Assembly (NCBI GenBank): GCA_041736155.1
Contig: JBGSUL010000018.1
Location: 2,066 to 66,065, forward strand
From: Bdellovibrionales bacterium
GTDB taxonomy: Bacteria > Bdellovibrionota > Bdellovibrionia > Bdellovibrionales > JAGQZY01
Direction of reading: 5' to 3'
Length of the DNA stretch: 64,000 nt
The notes beneath the pieces are model-generated. The model did not search any database. It was not told the DNA's origin and saw only the letters and a list, made by a program, of their open reading frames with translations. The position numbers were made by a program, and so were the translations under genes. Shown here piece by piece: positions 54,638-64,000 of the stretch (positions are counted from its first letter, which is position 1; every line of letters starts with the position of its first letter).

Positions 54638-55639
54638 TCAGGTATAATGCGACAATCTTCGCAGACCCAAACGAATAAAATCTTCACTCAGATCAAGATT
54701 ATATTTTTGCACGAATTCTTTCAATTTTGGGGAATAATCTGATTGAGAAGTAACATTCCTTGGATATTTAACAGCCCCCTTGCTATTTAACAAATGCTTA
54801 GGGGGATGTTGCGCTGAAAAATACTGACAATAATCACTCACGAGAGGTGCTGCTAGTAGTTCTTCTTTAAAATCATAAATCATATGATCATATAGTTTGT
54901 AATCGACTACATCCTCTGAGTTGTAGGTCGACAACTCATCAACAAAATCTGCACTAGAAAAGGGAGAATGAAATTCTTTAAATAAATTTTTGGGATGACT
55001 CCACGAAGCTGAAGCAGAGCTTTCGTAAATTTGACTCAAGGGGGAATGTGTGAACGTTTTTAAAAAGAAGTTCAGTTGAAGTGGCTCTATATGATTGAAG
55101 TAAATGTTCCTAAATCTTTCAACATAGTCATCTGGAATCAGTCGCATAACGTTATCTATTCCCTTCGTTTGAACCCACCCTTGAATTGGAAGATTGCGAA
55201 ACATTTGCCCTCCTAACAATTCCGTTGCGAAAATAGCGGTTATTTCTGGGGTTGAATCGAACGGCTTTAAGTACTCATTAGGAAAACCAGGCCTTAAAAA
55301 ATGATGGGCATCTACGTTTAAAGATCTTATGGCCTGTCGAGAGCAGTACACATCTGCATCCAATTCCACGCCAATTTCAGGGTTGTAGTAAGTATGGATT
55401 TGCATTTTGTGATGCCCGCACTCTCTGAGAAGATATGCAACAAGACGAGAATCCAATCCTCCACTCAACTTTAAAGACCAACACGGATTTTTTTGTGTAA
55501 ATTGATCCACCCAATTCTTCAAAAAAAAAAGAAGTGCCGATGTGTTTTTTCGTAGTGTTTTTTTTTGCTCGAAGGCTTCGCCAGGCACTACAGCGCCTAT
55601 AAATAAAAAATCGAAAATATCAAATTCACTCAGCTTCAA
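54638..55639 (-). CDS. asparagine-synthase-like PP-loop ATPase domain protein
   Basis: LKLSGGLDSRLVAYLL is the SGGLDS motif. No ATG lies between the motif and the upstream gene. A TTG at 55639-55637 overlapping the desaturase stop is proposed as the start; the ORF track extends to 55765. Confidence 0.55.
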   Translation of the reverse strand: MKLSEFDIFDFLFIGAVVPGEAFEQKKTLRKNTSALLFFLKNWVDQFTQKNPCWSLKLSGGLDSRLVAYLLRECGHHKMQIHTYYNPEIGVELDADVYCSRQAIRSLNVDAHHFLRPGFPNEYLKPFDSTPEITAIFATELLGGQMFRNLPIQGWVQTKGIDNVMRLIPDDYVERFRNIYFNHIEPLQLNFFLKTFTHSPLSQIYESSASASWSHPKNLFKEFHSPFSSADFVDELSTYNSEDVVDYKLYDHMIYDFKEELLAAPLVSDYCQYFSAQHPPKHLLNSKGAVKYPRNVTSQSDYSPKLKEFVQKYNLDLSEDFIRLGLRRLSHYT

Positions 55640-56330
55640 TATTTTTAGCAAAGCATTTCCCAAAGTAATAAATAAGATCAAATTCTTTCCATGTCTTATT
55701 AAGATTGTGATTAGCTCTTTGAGGATACATATGATGATTACTATGGAGTTCTTCTCCCCACGCAAGAGGTTTCAACCACCAAATGTTTCTAGACGTATCC
55801 TCATTTTTATTTTTTCCAGCACCTAAACATTTTGTATGAACCACGATGACAGGGATTTTACTCAGCCAAAATCCAAATACCGTCAAAAAAGGTAAAAATA
55901 GAGCTCCAAAAAATGCAATCTCTAGGTGATATTTGTGAAAAAGGGAATTAAGAGGAGATTTGAGTTGAATTCTTAGTTCTTGCCGATTTGGCATAAACTC
56001 CGGCCCCCACAAACTGAATATGGCATTAATAAAACCACAATGATATGGGTTGTGCGGATCTTTAGCAGTTCCACTATACATATGATGCTGACGGTGCACG
56101 GCTATGTACACGGGGGGGCTCCCCAGATTGAGCAACGAAAACGAAAACAACCCGAAAACATCTACAATTTTATAAACATCAAAATGTTTATGACACCGGA
56201 CCCTATGAATATAAAAACTGTGAGCAAAATTATGTATTAAAATACCAAAAAAAATCACCCAAACTAACCAACTAAGCCCCCAAAGTTGTGCTTGAACCAA
56301 CAGAGAGGCGTGCCCAATGCCCGCGATCAT
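55626..56330 (-). CDS. membrane fatty-acid desaturase (acyl-CoA delta-9-like histidine boxes)
   Basis: HRVRCHKHF, HRQHHMYSGTAKDPHNP and HSNHHMYP histidine boxes. Start at in-frame ATG 56330 (MIAGIGH). Confidence 0.8.
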   Translation of the reverse strand: MIAGIGHASLLVQAQLWGLSWLVWVIFFGILIHNFAHSFYIHRVRCHKHFDVYKIVDVFGLFSFSLLNLGSPPVYIAVHRQHHMYSGTAKDPHNPYHCGFINAIFSLWGPEFMPNRQELRIQLKSPLNSLFHKYHLEIAFFGALFLPFLTVFGFWLSKIPVIVVHTKCLGAGKNKNEDTSRNIWWLKPLAWGEELHSNHHMYPQRANHNLNKTWKEFDLIYYFGKCFAKNIEAE

Positions 56331-56337
56331 TTGGTAT

Positions 56338-56994
56338 TTATATCGAATCAGACCTGTAAGTGATATTTTCAATATGTTCCCCTAATTCACCCTTTATAAG
56401 TTTATACATAATCCATTGCCAATTGTCTCTATAGGCTAACTGAATTTTTTGTGGATAAATTTGCCATTCCGCAAAAAGAGGATTTCTCATCAACCAGCGC
56501 AATGTACCTGTGTTTTCAGCAAATCTAGACTCAAACAGAAAGTTTGCTTTTTTAACATGGTTTAAAATCTGCATCGAAGTGACCTCTAATCCATCGGGAC
56601 TTGAAAATAACATTCTTCGATAAGAAGGGTGCACATAGGTTCTGCTCCCGGCCCGGAAACATCCCCCGTGGAAATCTTGAATCCCAACCATCATAACCAG
56701 ATCTGAATCAACGGCATTATAAACATATCCGTATTCCAACATGCGACGAATGGCTTTTAGGTTGTAATTTTTTTTTAAACTATCACCCCCCGAAGCAATT
56801 CTATTAAGATGGTCGATAAAGCTCACATCAAAATCTTCGAGACCATTCAATATGACTGGCTTGTAAAAATAACCGCAATTAAGTTTTTGGATCTCGAACA
56901 TTTCTTGAGCAATGTAGTTGATCTTTTTACTGCTGTAAATTAAGCGTATTGATGGCACAGTAATTGCTAATATTTTAGGCAAACTTTGCAGCAA
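56338..56994 (-). CDS. hypothetical protein
   Basis: ORF track. No family recognised. Confidence 0.4.
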   Translation of the reverse strand: MLQSLPKILAITVPSIRLIYSSKKINYIAQEMFEIQKLNCGYFYKPVILNGLEDFDVSFIDHLNRIASGGDSLKKNYNLKAIRRMLEYGYVYNAVDSDLVMMVGIQDFHGGCFRAGSRTYVHPSYRRMLFSSPDGLEVTSMQILNHVKKANFLFESRFAENTGTLRWLMRNPLFAEWQIYPQKIQLAYRDNWQWIMYKLIKGELGEHIENITYRSDSI

Positions 56995-57002
56995 GGAGTG
57001 TC

Positions 57003-57647
57003 ATGAAAACAGCATTTTATCTGACTATACTGGCTATACTGGCTTTATGCCTTTGCTCCCATAACTCCTGGGCTGGGCAAAAGGCGCTTATCCTCATAGA
57101 TATGCAGACTTATTTCGCTAGGAATGCACCCGCATCACAGAACAATCAAAATTACCTAGAAAGCGCATTGCAGCATCAAATAGATCTTATTAATAGTGCC
57201 AAACAAAAGCAACTGCCCATTTTTGTCATTGAATATCAAAATTATGGCCCAACACTAGAGGCCTTAATACAAGCTATAGGGTCCTACACGAAATGGATGA
57301 TTGTAGAAAAAAATAAAGACGGCCTGTTTGAGGACGACAATATTTCTAAGACTCTTATTCTCTCAAAACTCCATGATTGGGATATTTCCGATTTAATTAT
57401 TGTTGGGGCTAACGGCGGAGTTTGCGTCAAAGAGACGATTCTTGGTGCTCTTACGGAAGGATACGCTGTCTACACCTACCCCATGGGGATTATTGACTTT
57501 AATGGTATATATTTCACTGGCATGAGCGATTTTAAATTCACACCGTATGTGTACCCTTACCACTATGACGGTGAATTCATCGAAACGCTGGGACCCCTTG
57601 CCAATCATTTTTTTCAGCTAGAAAACACGGGTATGCTTTTTAAGTAA
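57003..57647 (+). CDS. isochorismatase-family (cysteine hydrolase) protein with a signal peptide
   Basis: KALILIDMQTYF and LIIVGANGGVCVKETILGA, the D/K/C triad context. Confidence 0.7.
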   Translation: MKTAFYLTILAILALCLCSHNSWAGQKALILIDMQTYFARNAPASQNNQNYLESALQHQIDLINSAKQKQLPIFVIEYQNYGPTLEALIQAIGSYTKWMIVEKNKDGLFEDDNISKTLILSKLHDWDISDLIIVGANGGVCVKETILGALTEGYAVYTYPMGIIDFNGIYFTGMSDFKFTPYVYPYHYDGEFIETLGPLANHFFQLENTGMLFK

Positions 57648-57741
57648 GACAACGCATTAAAACAACTTCTGTTTTATAGAAAGAAAATGACACATCCCAA
57701 CGAGATGTTATGATGAGCCTAGCTTTCAAAAGTAAGGATGC

Positions 57742-58425
57742 ATGCTCAATAAGTTTTTAAAAAACGATATCTTTAAACAAGACGAACTTCTTCAAAGAGA
57801 ATACTACTATAATCGCATTTCCTCTCTAGGTAAATTCTATAGGTTAACTACAACTTTTGATGACAACCAGTTTAGAAATGAAATTAACGATGAAAAGCTC
57901 AAGTGGATTAAGTACAATAAGAGTAAACCATGGTCACATCGTTATGGTCTCAGTCTCATTTCTCTAGATGGAAAAACTGATGGAGAAATTGATTTAAATT
58001 CAATTCTTGAATGGAATAGAACACATAATACAAACTTCAATGAACGATCTTTTCAAACTCCGACACCTTATTGGAATCATTTTCAATCTATTTCATCGCA
58101 ACTCTCGGAGCTCCAAAAACACCTGGGCCGCAGCCACCTCTTGCGCTTAGACGAAGCAGGGATTTTCCCTCCCCACAGAGATAACTATAAACAGGATGAT
58201 CTTACCTTTAGACTTTTAGCTTTTTTTAATTGTTCTTCATCTTCTCTACATCTAAACATAGATGGCACAAACGCACACTTTTCTACCAATTCATTATATT
58301 TCTTAGACACTCGACTTATTCATTCCGTAGTCAGCTTTCAGTCTAATGCCATGCTATTAATTTTAAATGTTGAACTAAACTCTCAAACAGTAAATTACGT
58401 GATCGAGCATACCGTTGAAAAATAA
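57742..58425 (+). CDS. cupin-fold protein, Asp/Asn beta-hydroxylase-like (paralog of 19975-20628)
   Basis: IFPPHRD...FRLLAFF...DTRLIHSV. Shares the SSxGxFY...RxGLS...SxDG...LGRxHxxxL...HRD pattern with the 19975 ORF. Confidence 0.45.
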   Translation: MLNKFLKNDIFKQDELLQREYYYNRISSLGKFYRLTTTFDDNQFRNEINDEKLKWIKYNKSKPWSHRYGLSLISLDGKTDGEIDLNSILEWNRTHNTNFNERSFQTPTPYWNHFQSISSQLSELQKHLGRSHLLRLDEAGIFPPHRDNYKQDDLTFRLLAFFNCSSSSLHLNIDGTNAHFSTNSLYFLDTRLIHSVVSFQSNAMLLILNVELNSQTVNYVIEHTVEK

Positions 58426-59908
58426 TATTTATAATAGGCTTACCAGAATGAAAATTTTATTTTTTATGTTTTTCATGATCAACATTGGTGCAATCTCATG
58501 TACCTCTCTTGAAAACCAAAAAGAACAAAAAAGCCTAAAAATTATAACACAATTTGAAAACAAAATGCACTCCATCGATTTCTCCAATCGTGGCCAGCAG
58601 ACAAAATCTTTACCTTCTGAGCGCTTTTTGCAAGACGATCTTTCTTTTATAAAAATTCTAAAAAATAAAAAAATACTTCTTATACAAAAATGCACCAACG
58701 CCGTTTTGATTAAAAATAATAAAAGCTGCTCTGAAGAAACCGTCACGCTTTCTCTGCACGACTACAGTCGTCGTCTCAAAATTGCTTTTCGAATCGAGCA
58801 CTTTGATAAAAGTGTTCAAGAAGACAAAAGTGATCGCGGAAGTATTAAGCAAAAAACAACAATTAACGATGGAAAACGCCAAATCAATGACGCCGAAAAT
58901 AAAATAAAACAACTTCAGGATTTTTTTGATAGCCCTCTCCTTAATACGTCACATTCTGAATGGCTCAATCAGCTTAATTCTCATTTAAATTCTCTCCACC
59001 TGAAAGTTTCGCAAAAACAAAAATTTACTGAGATCATTCAGGAGCTCAATCGTATCGTTGAAAAATGGATCGAAGCGGAAATTCAGCGATGGCCTAACGG
59101 CACCTTTCGGATGGTAACAACTCAGTCTCCTATCGAACTGAACGTTCTTCGCAGCTTTTTACAAACCAATGTCGTTAGCGCAGCGTACATTCCTATTCAA
59201 CCTGGACTGTTTAAAATGGGAAGTCATTCGACCGAAGCTCATCGCGATCCAGATGAAACTTTACATCAAGTAAAATTAACTAAACCTTTTGAAATAAGCG
59301 CAACAGAGATATCCCAGCTTGAGTGGGTTATGATCATGGGCTTTAATCCATCATACTTTAAAGAAGAACAAGACTGTCCAAATACTTTCCTAGATTGGTA
59401 TGGAATACCTCTATGCGCAGATCTTCCGGTTGAGAGAGTATCCTGGCTAGATATTGAAGAGTTTCTTATTGAATATAATAAACGTCAAAAAGATGTTTAC
59501 ACATATCGACTACCCTCTGAGGCGGAATGGGAATACTCTGCTCGATCCGGCACACAAACTACTTACGCGACCGGGGATGATCCTACAACGCTGAACACTA
59601 TCGCTTGTTATGCTGAAACTTCACCTAATCAAACTTGCCCAGTTGCTAGTCGATCAGCCAACTCTTGGGGAGTTTATGATATGCATGGAAATGTTTGGGA
59701 ATGGGTCTATGATCGATATGAACCCTATTCAGAAAACTCACAAATAGATCCTATGGGGGCAAAGACTGGACAGCTTCGTGTGGGACGAGGAGGAAGTTGG
59801 CCCGGTGATAAAACACGGCAAAGAGCAGCTAATCGAGGATATGATAAACCTGATGGCGGTAGCGATGGTGTCGGTTTTCGTTTGGCCAGATTTAAAAATA
59901 ACCAATGA
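58415..59908 (+). CDS. formylglycine-generating-enzyme (SUMF1/FGE) domain protein with a long N-terminal region
   Basis: YRLPSEAEWEYSARSG, NSWGVYDMHGNVWEWVYDRY and RVGRGGSW. A likely lipoprotein start at ATG 58448 (MKILFFMFFMINIGAISC). Confidence 0.8.
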   Translation: MKNNIYNRLTRMKILFFMFFMINIGAISCTSLENQKEQKSLKIITQFENKMHSIDFSNRGQQTKSLPSERFLQDDLSFIKILKNKKILLIQKCTNAVLIKNNKSCSEETVTLSLHDYSRRLKIAFRIEHFDKSVQEDKSDRGSIKQKTTINDGKRQINDAENKIKQLQDFFDSPLLNTSHSEWLNQLNSHLNSLHLKVSQKQKFTEIIQELNRIVEKWIEAEIQRWPNGTFRMVTTQSPIELNVLRSFLQTNVVSAAYIPIQPGLFKMGSHSTEAHRDPDETLHQVKLTKPFEISATEISQLEWVMIMGFNPSYFKEEQDCPNTFLDWYGIPLCADLPVERVSWLDIEEFLIEYNKRQKDVYTYRLPSEAEWEYSARSGTQTTYATGDDPTTLNTIACYAETSPNQTCPVASRSANSWGVYDMHGNVWEWVYDRYEPYSENSQIDPMGAKTGQLRVGRGGSWPGDKTRQRAANRGYDKPDGGSDGVGFRLARFKNNQ

Positions 59909-61098
59909 GGATTAAAGAACAAATTTACATTGATCCGACGCTAAAACCCTTTTACAGTGAATTGCAATCACTGCGAGGACTTGCCGCTTTATCGGTTGTA
60001 TGGGCTCACGCTTTTGGCTGTGTCACTCCTTTAAAACCTTATCGCTGGAATGCACTTCTTCCTACTTCTTTTTCCGAAGCTTTCCATCTTTTTGATCTTG
60101 TACTTTTTGTTCCATTCAATGGACACAATGCCGTGGTCTTCTTCTTTATTTTGAGCGGCTTCGTATTATCAAGCACTCTCTCCAGAAGAATCGAACAAAA
60201 AAACCAATCTCCATTAAAAATACTTTGCAACTACACTATATCTCGTTTTTTTAAAATTGTCCCAGCTGCAAGTTTTGTAGCACTTATTTCTGGAATTATT
60301 TTGATGCACTCAAGTTTTAGTCTTTACAAAAATTATGGCGCTGAATGGTTACGCCTCATTCAGCCAAGCTGGCACGATGTCCAGCAAACTGCTATAACGC
60401 TCAATGATACGCTCAGCCCTGCGTATTGGACCCTGCGTGTTGAATTAGTGGACTCTCTCCTATTATTTTTTCTTTATGTTTTTGTAATTCGCAGGATAAC
60501 TCTTAGTTTACAGTTTATAATGTCAGCTATTTTATTAAGTATGAGCTTTGTTTTTTTTCCTGTACTGTGGTTACGTTACTTGTTTTGTTTTTGGTTGGGA
60601 GCAATGGCCTACCATTATTTTAAAAAAAACAATAGTCCCCATTGGATCACGACGAAAATACTTTACTTAGCACTCGGCATGTTGATGCTAGGTCCTCTTT
60701 TTTCGTCACAAATATTTTCATCTGAAGATTCAACTTTGTTTTTTCGTATAATCTGTGAATCTTTTGGCTCAACTATTCTTATTCTTTGGGTGGTTAGTCA
60801 ATCTACACATCGATGCAACTACATCCTAAGGAATCCTTATTTATTACAAATTGGAAAAATCTCATATAGTTTTTATCTTTGTCATTTTATTATTTTACAA
60901 ATAATTTTTGTCTGGCTAGCTAAATGGGCAGGTTCGGAATTTTTAGGATCTACTTTTTTTACCCATCTCTTTTTAGCAATTATTACTCTTTTAATAACTT
61001 GGCCATTTTCCACTCTATTTTATAATATTATAGAAAAACCGAGTGTTAATTTTGGAAAGTTTTTGGTTGACCGTTTTAACGGTACACCAATAGCATAA
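59905..61098 (+). CDS. acyltransferase family 3 membrane protein
   Basis: LQSLRGLAALSVVWAHAF and about 10 TM helices. Confidence 0.75.
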   Translation: MRIKEQIYIDPTLKPFYSELQSLRGLAALSVVWAHAFGCVTPLKPYRWNALLPTSFSEAFHLFDLVLFVPFNGHNAVVFFFILSGFVLSSTLSRRIEQKNQSPLKILCNYTISRFFKIVPAASFVALISGIILMHSSFSLYKNYGAEWLRLIQPSWHDVQQTAITLNDTLSPAYWTLRVELVDSLLLFFLYVFVIRRITLSLQFIMSAILLSMSFVFFPVLWLRYLFCFWLGAMAYHYFKKNNSPHWITTKILYLALGMLMLGPLFSSQIFSSEDSTLFFRIICESFGSTILILWVVSQSTHRCNYILRNPYLLQIGKISYSFYLCHFIILQIIFVWLAKWAGSEFLGSTFFTHLFLAIITLLITWPFSTLFYNIIEKPSVNFGKFLVDRFNGTPIA

Positions 61099-61101
61099 GC
61101 T

Positions 61102-61974
61102 ATGAAGATAACTTTAGAACACAAGCTGGCATACATAAGCATTCCAGTTTTAATCATCTCCGTTGTCGACTTCTTCTATTTAAGAAATATTATCTTTGAA
61201 AAAACCACTTTGACTGTATTTTCAGCTCTGACAAATTTAGTTTTCTTGAATGCCATTCATGTGATTTTTTCTTTTTTTCTTTACACAAGGGTCCAACAAT
61301 TTCGAGATCTGTACAAAGATTTTCATCTTTGGATTGTCGGTCTATTTATCATTACACTTGTTATAATTTTAATGTTTGCAGATACTAATGAGGTCGTGAT
61401 TGGTGTCGTGGCTATTCTTCACGCATTCTTACAAAGTTTTGGTTTGTTTCTTCTCTGTTTTTGTAAAAAAAGCCAAAGGAATAAAGCTAAATTTTTACTT
61501 TATACTTTTTTACCTTTAATTATTTTTTGCCATAACGATCTGGTCCATTTTTCTCTCTCAGAATCGTATCTTTTGGCAGGTCTAGCAGTTTTTCTCTTCG
61601 CTCTTCTCTCCAAAAATTTACTAGGCGCGCTCTTTTGTATACGTTTTGGAGTTTGGCTTATTCCTACTCAAATTGCTGGCTATTTACAGGGCGCAATTCA
61701 CGGAGTCGAATACTTAATTCTTATCATTTATTTGTTCCAAACAACTCAAGATACTTTTTCCATAAAAGAAATTGTATTTATGTCGGGATCTCTGGCTCTT
61801 GCAACCAGCTATACTGTCTTTGTCCATCTTGGCTTCAAATATTTGCCATTTAAGATTTTATTCGACACCTTGGTGTATTCACACTACTTTTTTGATACCT
61901 ATTCCTTTCGCTTTAAATTCCACAAACAAAGAAATCTTATCCTTCCGCTGTTTACAGCAAAAACTTCGGCTTAA
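61102..61974 (+). CDS. polytopic membrane protein of unknown function
   Basis: ORF track. About 8 hydrophobic helices. Confidence 0.45.
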   Translation: MKITLEHKLAYISIPVLIISVVDFFYLRNIIFEKTTLTVFSALTNLVFLNAIHVIFSFFLYTRVQQFRDLYKDFHLWIVGLFIITLVIILMFADTNEVVIGVVAILHAFLQSFGLFLLCFCKKSQRNKAKFLLYTFLPLIIFCHNDLVHFSLSESYLLAGLAVFLFALLSKNLLGALFCIRFGVWLIPTQIAGYLQGAIHGVEYLILIIYLFQTTQDTFSIKEIVFMSGSLALATSYTVFVHLGFKYLPFKILFDTLVYSHYFFDTYSFRFKFHKQRNLILPLFTAKTSA

Positions 61975-62024
61975 ACTTATCAATAGATTGACGTTCTACT
62001 TTATAAAAAATATAATTCAGTAAA

Positions 62025-63101
62025 ATGAAATTTCTTTTCCTTCTTACCTTTTTACTAAATCATGCTACATCCTTCGCACAGGATATTTTTTTTGAGAAAA
62101 TACTTCTTAAAAGTCAGACCCAGCAGTTAATGATAATTAAAAAACGCATTAAAACAGATGCGCAGATCAAAAATCGACTTACAACGCAAAAAAATGTCTT
62201 CTTTTACCTAGAGCTTCCAGAAAGTCCTTCTCAGAAGTTTGGATTTCTAAATTCAATTATTCATTCGTCTAACGAATATTCATTCAAAGAATTAACGATA
62301 AAAAGTTTAATTTCCTATTGCAAAATCAATTTAAAATATTGCCTAGATGGACTTCCTATTTTGCTCAATTGCTCTGGCGGCGCAACTTGCCAACTTATTT
62401 ATCAAACTGCTCTGTTAGAAATTTTTGAACCCGTCCACCTAGAATACATTCTTCAACAACAAGCAATTTTTGCAAAAATTCTATCTTTTCCATTTCCTGA
62501 CAATGCTTTAATTAAACGATCCTTTCGCCTTTCGGTGGATTTTGGATTTTATAACCTCGCAAAAAATATTATTAGTAAAAACTCTAAGCTAACAGAAAAT
62601 GACACTGACACTTTGTTTTCAAAATGTGCTCTCCTTCGACAAACCAATGAACTAAAAGAGTCGATAGAATGTCTCAATAAGCAAAGCGATAAATGGTCAA
62701 TAATTCTCAATGCCTTTACACATCATTTAAATGGTGATTCTTTTGATAAACAAGGAATTAAAAATATTTTGGAAAAACTAAGTACTTCGGACCCTTCACC
62801 TCGAATCAGAGAATTTGCATTAATCATGATGGGCTTATTCTTTAAAGAGGTCACACAAAAATTGACTGACACAGATTCTGAGCAGGTGGCCTCCGATTAT
62901 TATAATGGCTATATGTTACTATCGCTAAATAGAAAATTGCAGTTTATACCAGCAGAGCAGTCTCTCAAAATTAGCCAAATTTACTCCAAAAATTTTCCTC
63001 ATTACCTTTTAACAAATATTTTAGATTCAAAGGTCTCTCCAAAAATTCTAATTTCTAGCCTGGGCACAAATCATTTTTTGTGTAAAGTTCTTGAACCATA
63101 A
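62025..63101 (+). CDS. secreted hypothetical protein
   Basis: Signal peptide MKFLFLLTFLLNHATSFA. Confidence 0.4.
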   Translation: MKFLFLLTFLLNHATSFAQDIFFEKILLKSQTQQLMIIKKRIKTDAQIKNRLTTQKNVFFYLELPESPSQKFGFLNSIIHSSNEYSFKELTIKSLISYCKINLKYCLDGLPILLNCSGGATCQLIYQTALLEIFEPVHLEYILQQQAIFAKILSFPFPDNALIKRSFRLSVDFGFYNLAKNIISKNSKLTENDTDTLFSKCALLRQTNELKESIECLNKQSDKWSIILNAFTHHLNGDSFDKQGIKNILEKLSTSDPSPRIREFALIMMGLFFKEVTQKLTDTDSEQVASDYYNGYMLLSLNRKLQFIPAEQSLKISQIYSKNFPHYLLTNILDSKVSPKILISSLGTNHFLCKVLEP

Positions 63102-64000
63102 ACGTTTTATCACTCATATTAATAACTACCGTAGTAAAGAACGTTCTTTTAACAGAATTGAGTTTCTTGATAAGACAGTCAAAAAAACAATCTTTGACTT
63201 AAAAAAAGGTGTAAAAGAGTTGTTTTTTTATAGACACATACCAAAAGAGCAAGAAAAATATTTTCCAAAATTGCTCAATCATAAAAAGACAGCCCGCCTC
63301 ATTTCCTATGAGATGGAACTTATACCAACTCATGACCTGTCAATACTCTACAAAAAAGGTAAACTTACAAAGATTACTCTTGAATTACTCTTTAAAAAAA
63401 TTGACCAGTATTGGAAAGAATCTCCTCAGAAAAAAGTAGATCCGAAGCAATGGAGAAAAATTACATACCACCTTATAGTTAAAAAAATGAATACTCGATG
63501 GATACTTTACCAAAAAAGCACTGCTTATAAAAGTCTTGAGAAGTATTTTTTTGATAACGAAAGAATCATACTCAACAAGTTTAAAAAAACTCTGGAAGAA
63601 GAATTAATATTTTCAATACAGAAGCAAAGTGATTATTTACTACATATAACTCATGGAGACCTCTGCTTCTCAAACATATTTATTTTAGATAAAAAAATTA
63701 AATTTGTTGACCCTCGAGGTGGATCTTCCAAAAACGAACTTTTTATGCCAATTTCTTACGATCTGGCAAAATTGAGTCAATGTATTCATGGAAATTATGA
63801 TGGAATTCTTGCAAGTAAAGAAATTCCCTTTACAAAGCAACGTCTTCTTTTTAATAAATGGGTGCATTCAAAAAAAATTGATCTTCACTGGATACGCCTA
63901 GTAGAGAGCAGCCTATTCTTAAGCATGCTGCCCCTACATCTTGATCGACCAGAAGTTCATATTAAAATGATGACTTCTTCAATTAAGGCATTCCGGAGTG
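63091..64000 (+). CDS. APH/choline-kinase-like phosphotransferase (C-terminus runs off the right edge)
   Basis: Manual translation gives ...ITHGDLCFSNIFILDKKIKFVDPRGG..., the HGDLxxxN catalytic loop plus the (V/I)DP Mg-binding motif. The frame is open from a TAA at about 63050 to 64000. The only early start candidate is TTG 63091, so the start is uncertain. Confidence 0.55.
   Translation, partial: MNHKRFITHINNYRSKERSFNRIEFLDKTVKKTIFDLKKGVKELFFYRHIPKEQEKYFPKLLNHKKTARLISYEMELIPTHDLSILYKKGKLTKITLELLFKKIDQYWKESPQKKVDPKQWRKITYHLIVKKMNTRWILYQKSTAYKSLEKYFFDNERIILNKFKKTLEEELIFSIQKQSDYLLHITHGDLCFSNIFILDKKIKFVDPRGGSSKNELFMPISYDLAKLSQCIHGNYDGILASKEIPFTKQRLLFNKWVHSKKIDLHWIRLVESSLFLSMLPLHLDRPEVHIKMMTSSIKAFRS

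Noticed and set aside
1-64000. Scan for rRNA, tRNA (GTTCGAATC-type T-arms), CRISPR repeat arrays, IS elements or transposases, and reverse transcriptases.
   Set aside because: None recognised by eye. Absence should be confirmed with tRNAscan-SE, Infernal, CRISPR finders and ISfinder.

Overview
AT-rich, Gram-negative-type chromosomal DNA in three blocks. I found no rRNA, tRNA, CRISPR array or transposase by eye. All family calls come from motifs read in the supplied translations; no database search was run.

(1) 1-21.7 kb: accessory genes for surface or secondary metabolism.
- One group holds a PP-loop ATPase, a GT2 glycosyltransferase, a GuaC-like GMP reductase, a SAM methyltransferase, two B12-type radical SAM enzymes and a secreted LRR protein.
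- A tightly coupled operon (7882-14965) encodes an ArnT/PMT-like membrane glycosyltransferase, an FG-GAP/ASPIC-UnbV (CRTAC1-like) protein, an UnbU-like membrane protein, a radical SAM/SPASM enzyme and a beta-propeller-like protein.
- These are followed by an alkaline-phosphatase-family enzyme, a homospermidine-synthase-like plus nitroreductase-like pair, and a cupin.

(2) About 22.4-52.9 kb: an integrative-conjugative-element-like region.
- A five-gene minus-strand operon encodes a sigma-54 activator response regulator, a 956-aa ankyrin lipoprotein, a histidine kinase and two small envelope proteins.
- It diverges from a sigma-54-type promoter with a 23-bp perfect inverted repeat.
- That promoter heads a 16-kb translationally coupled F-type T4SS operon: a coupling protein fused in frame to TraU, a PilB/GspE-type ATPase, a TrbB/TraF-like thioredoxin, a pilin, and TraL/E/K/B/V/C/H/G-N.
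- Downstream lie a GC-rich candidate oriT, MobC plus relaxase, an AbiEi/AbiEii pair with an operator-like palindrome, an excisionase and a tyrosine integrase.
- I could not define the element ends.

(3) 52.9-64 kb: lipid and surface-modification genes.
- These include an AsnB-like PP-loop enzyme, an acyl-CoA-type desaturase, an isochorismatase-like hydrolase, a second cupin paralog, an FGE/SUMF1-domain protein, an acyltransferase-3 and an APH-like kinase.

Most notable observations: apparent sigma-54/two-component control of a conjugation operon, the coupling protein-TraU fusion, and a PilB/GspE ATPase inside an F-type gene set.
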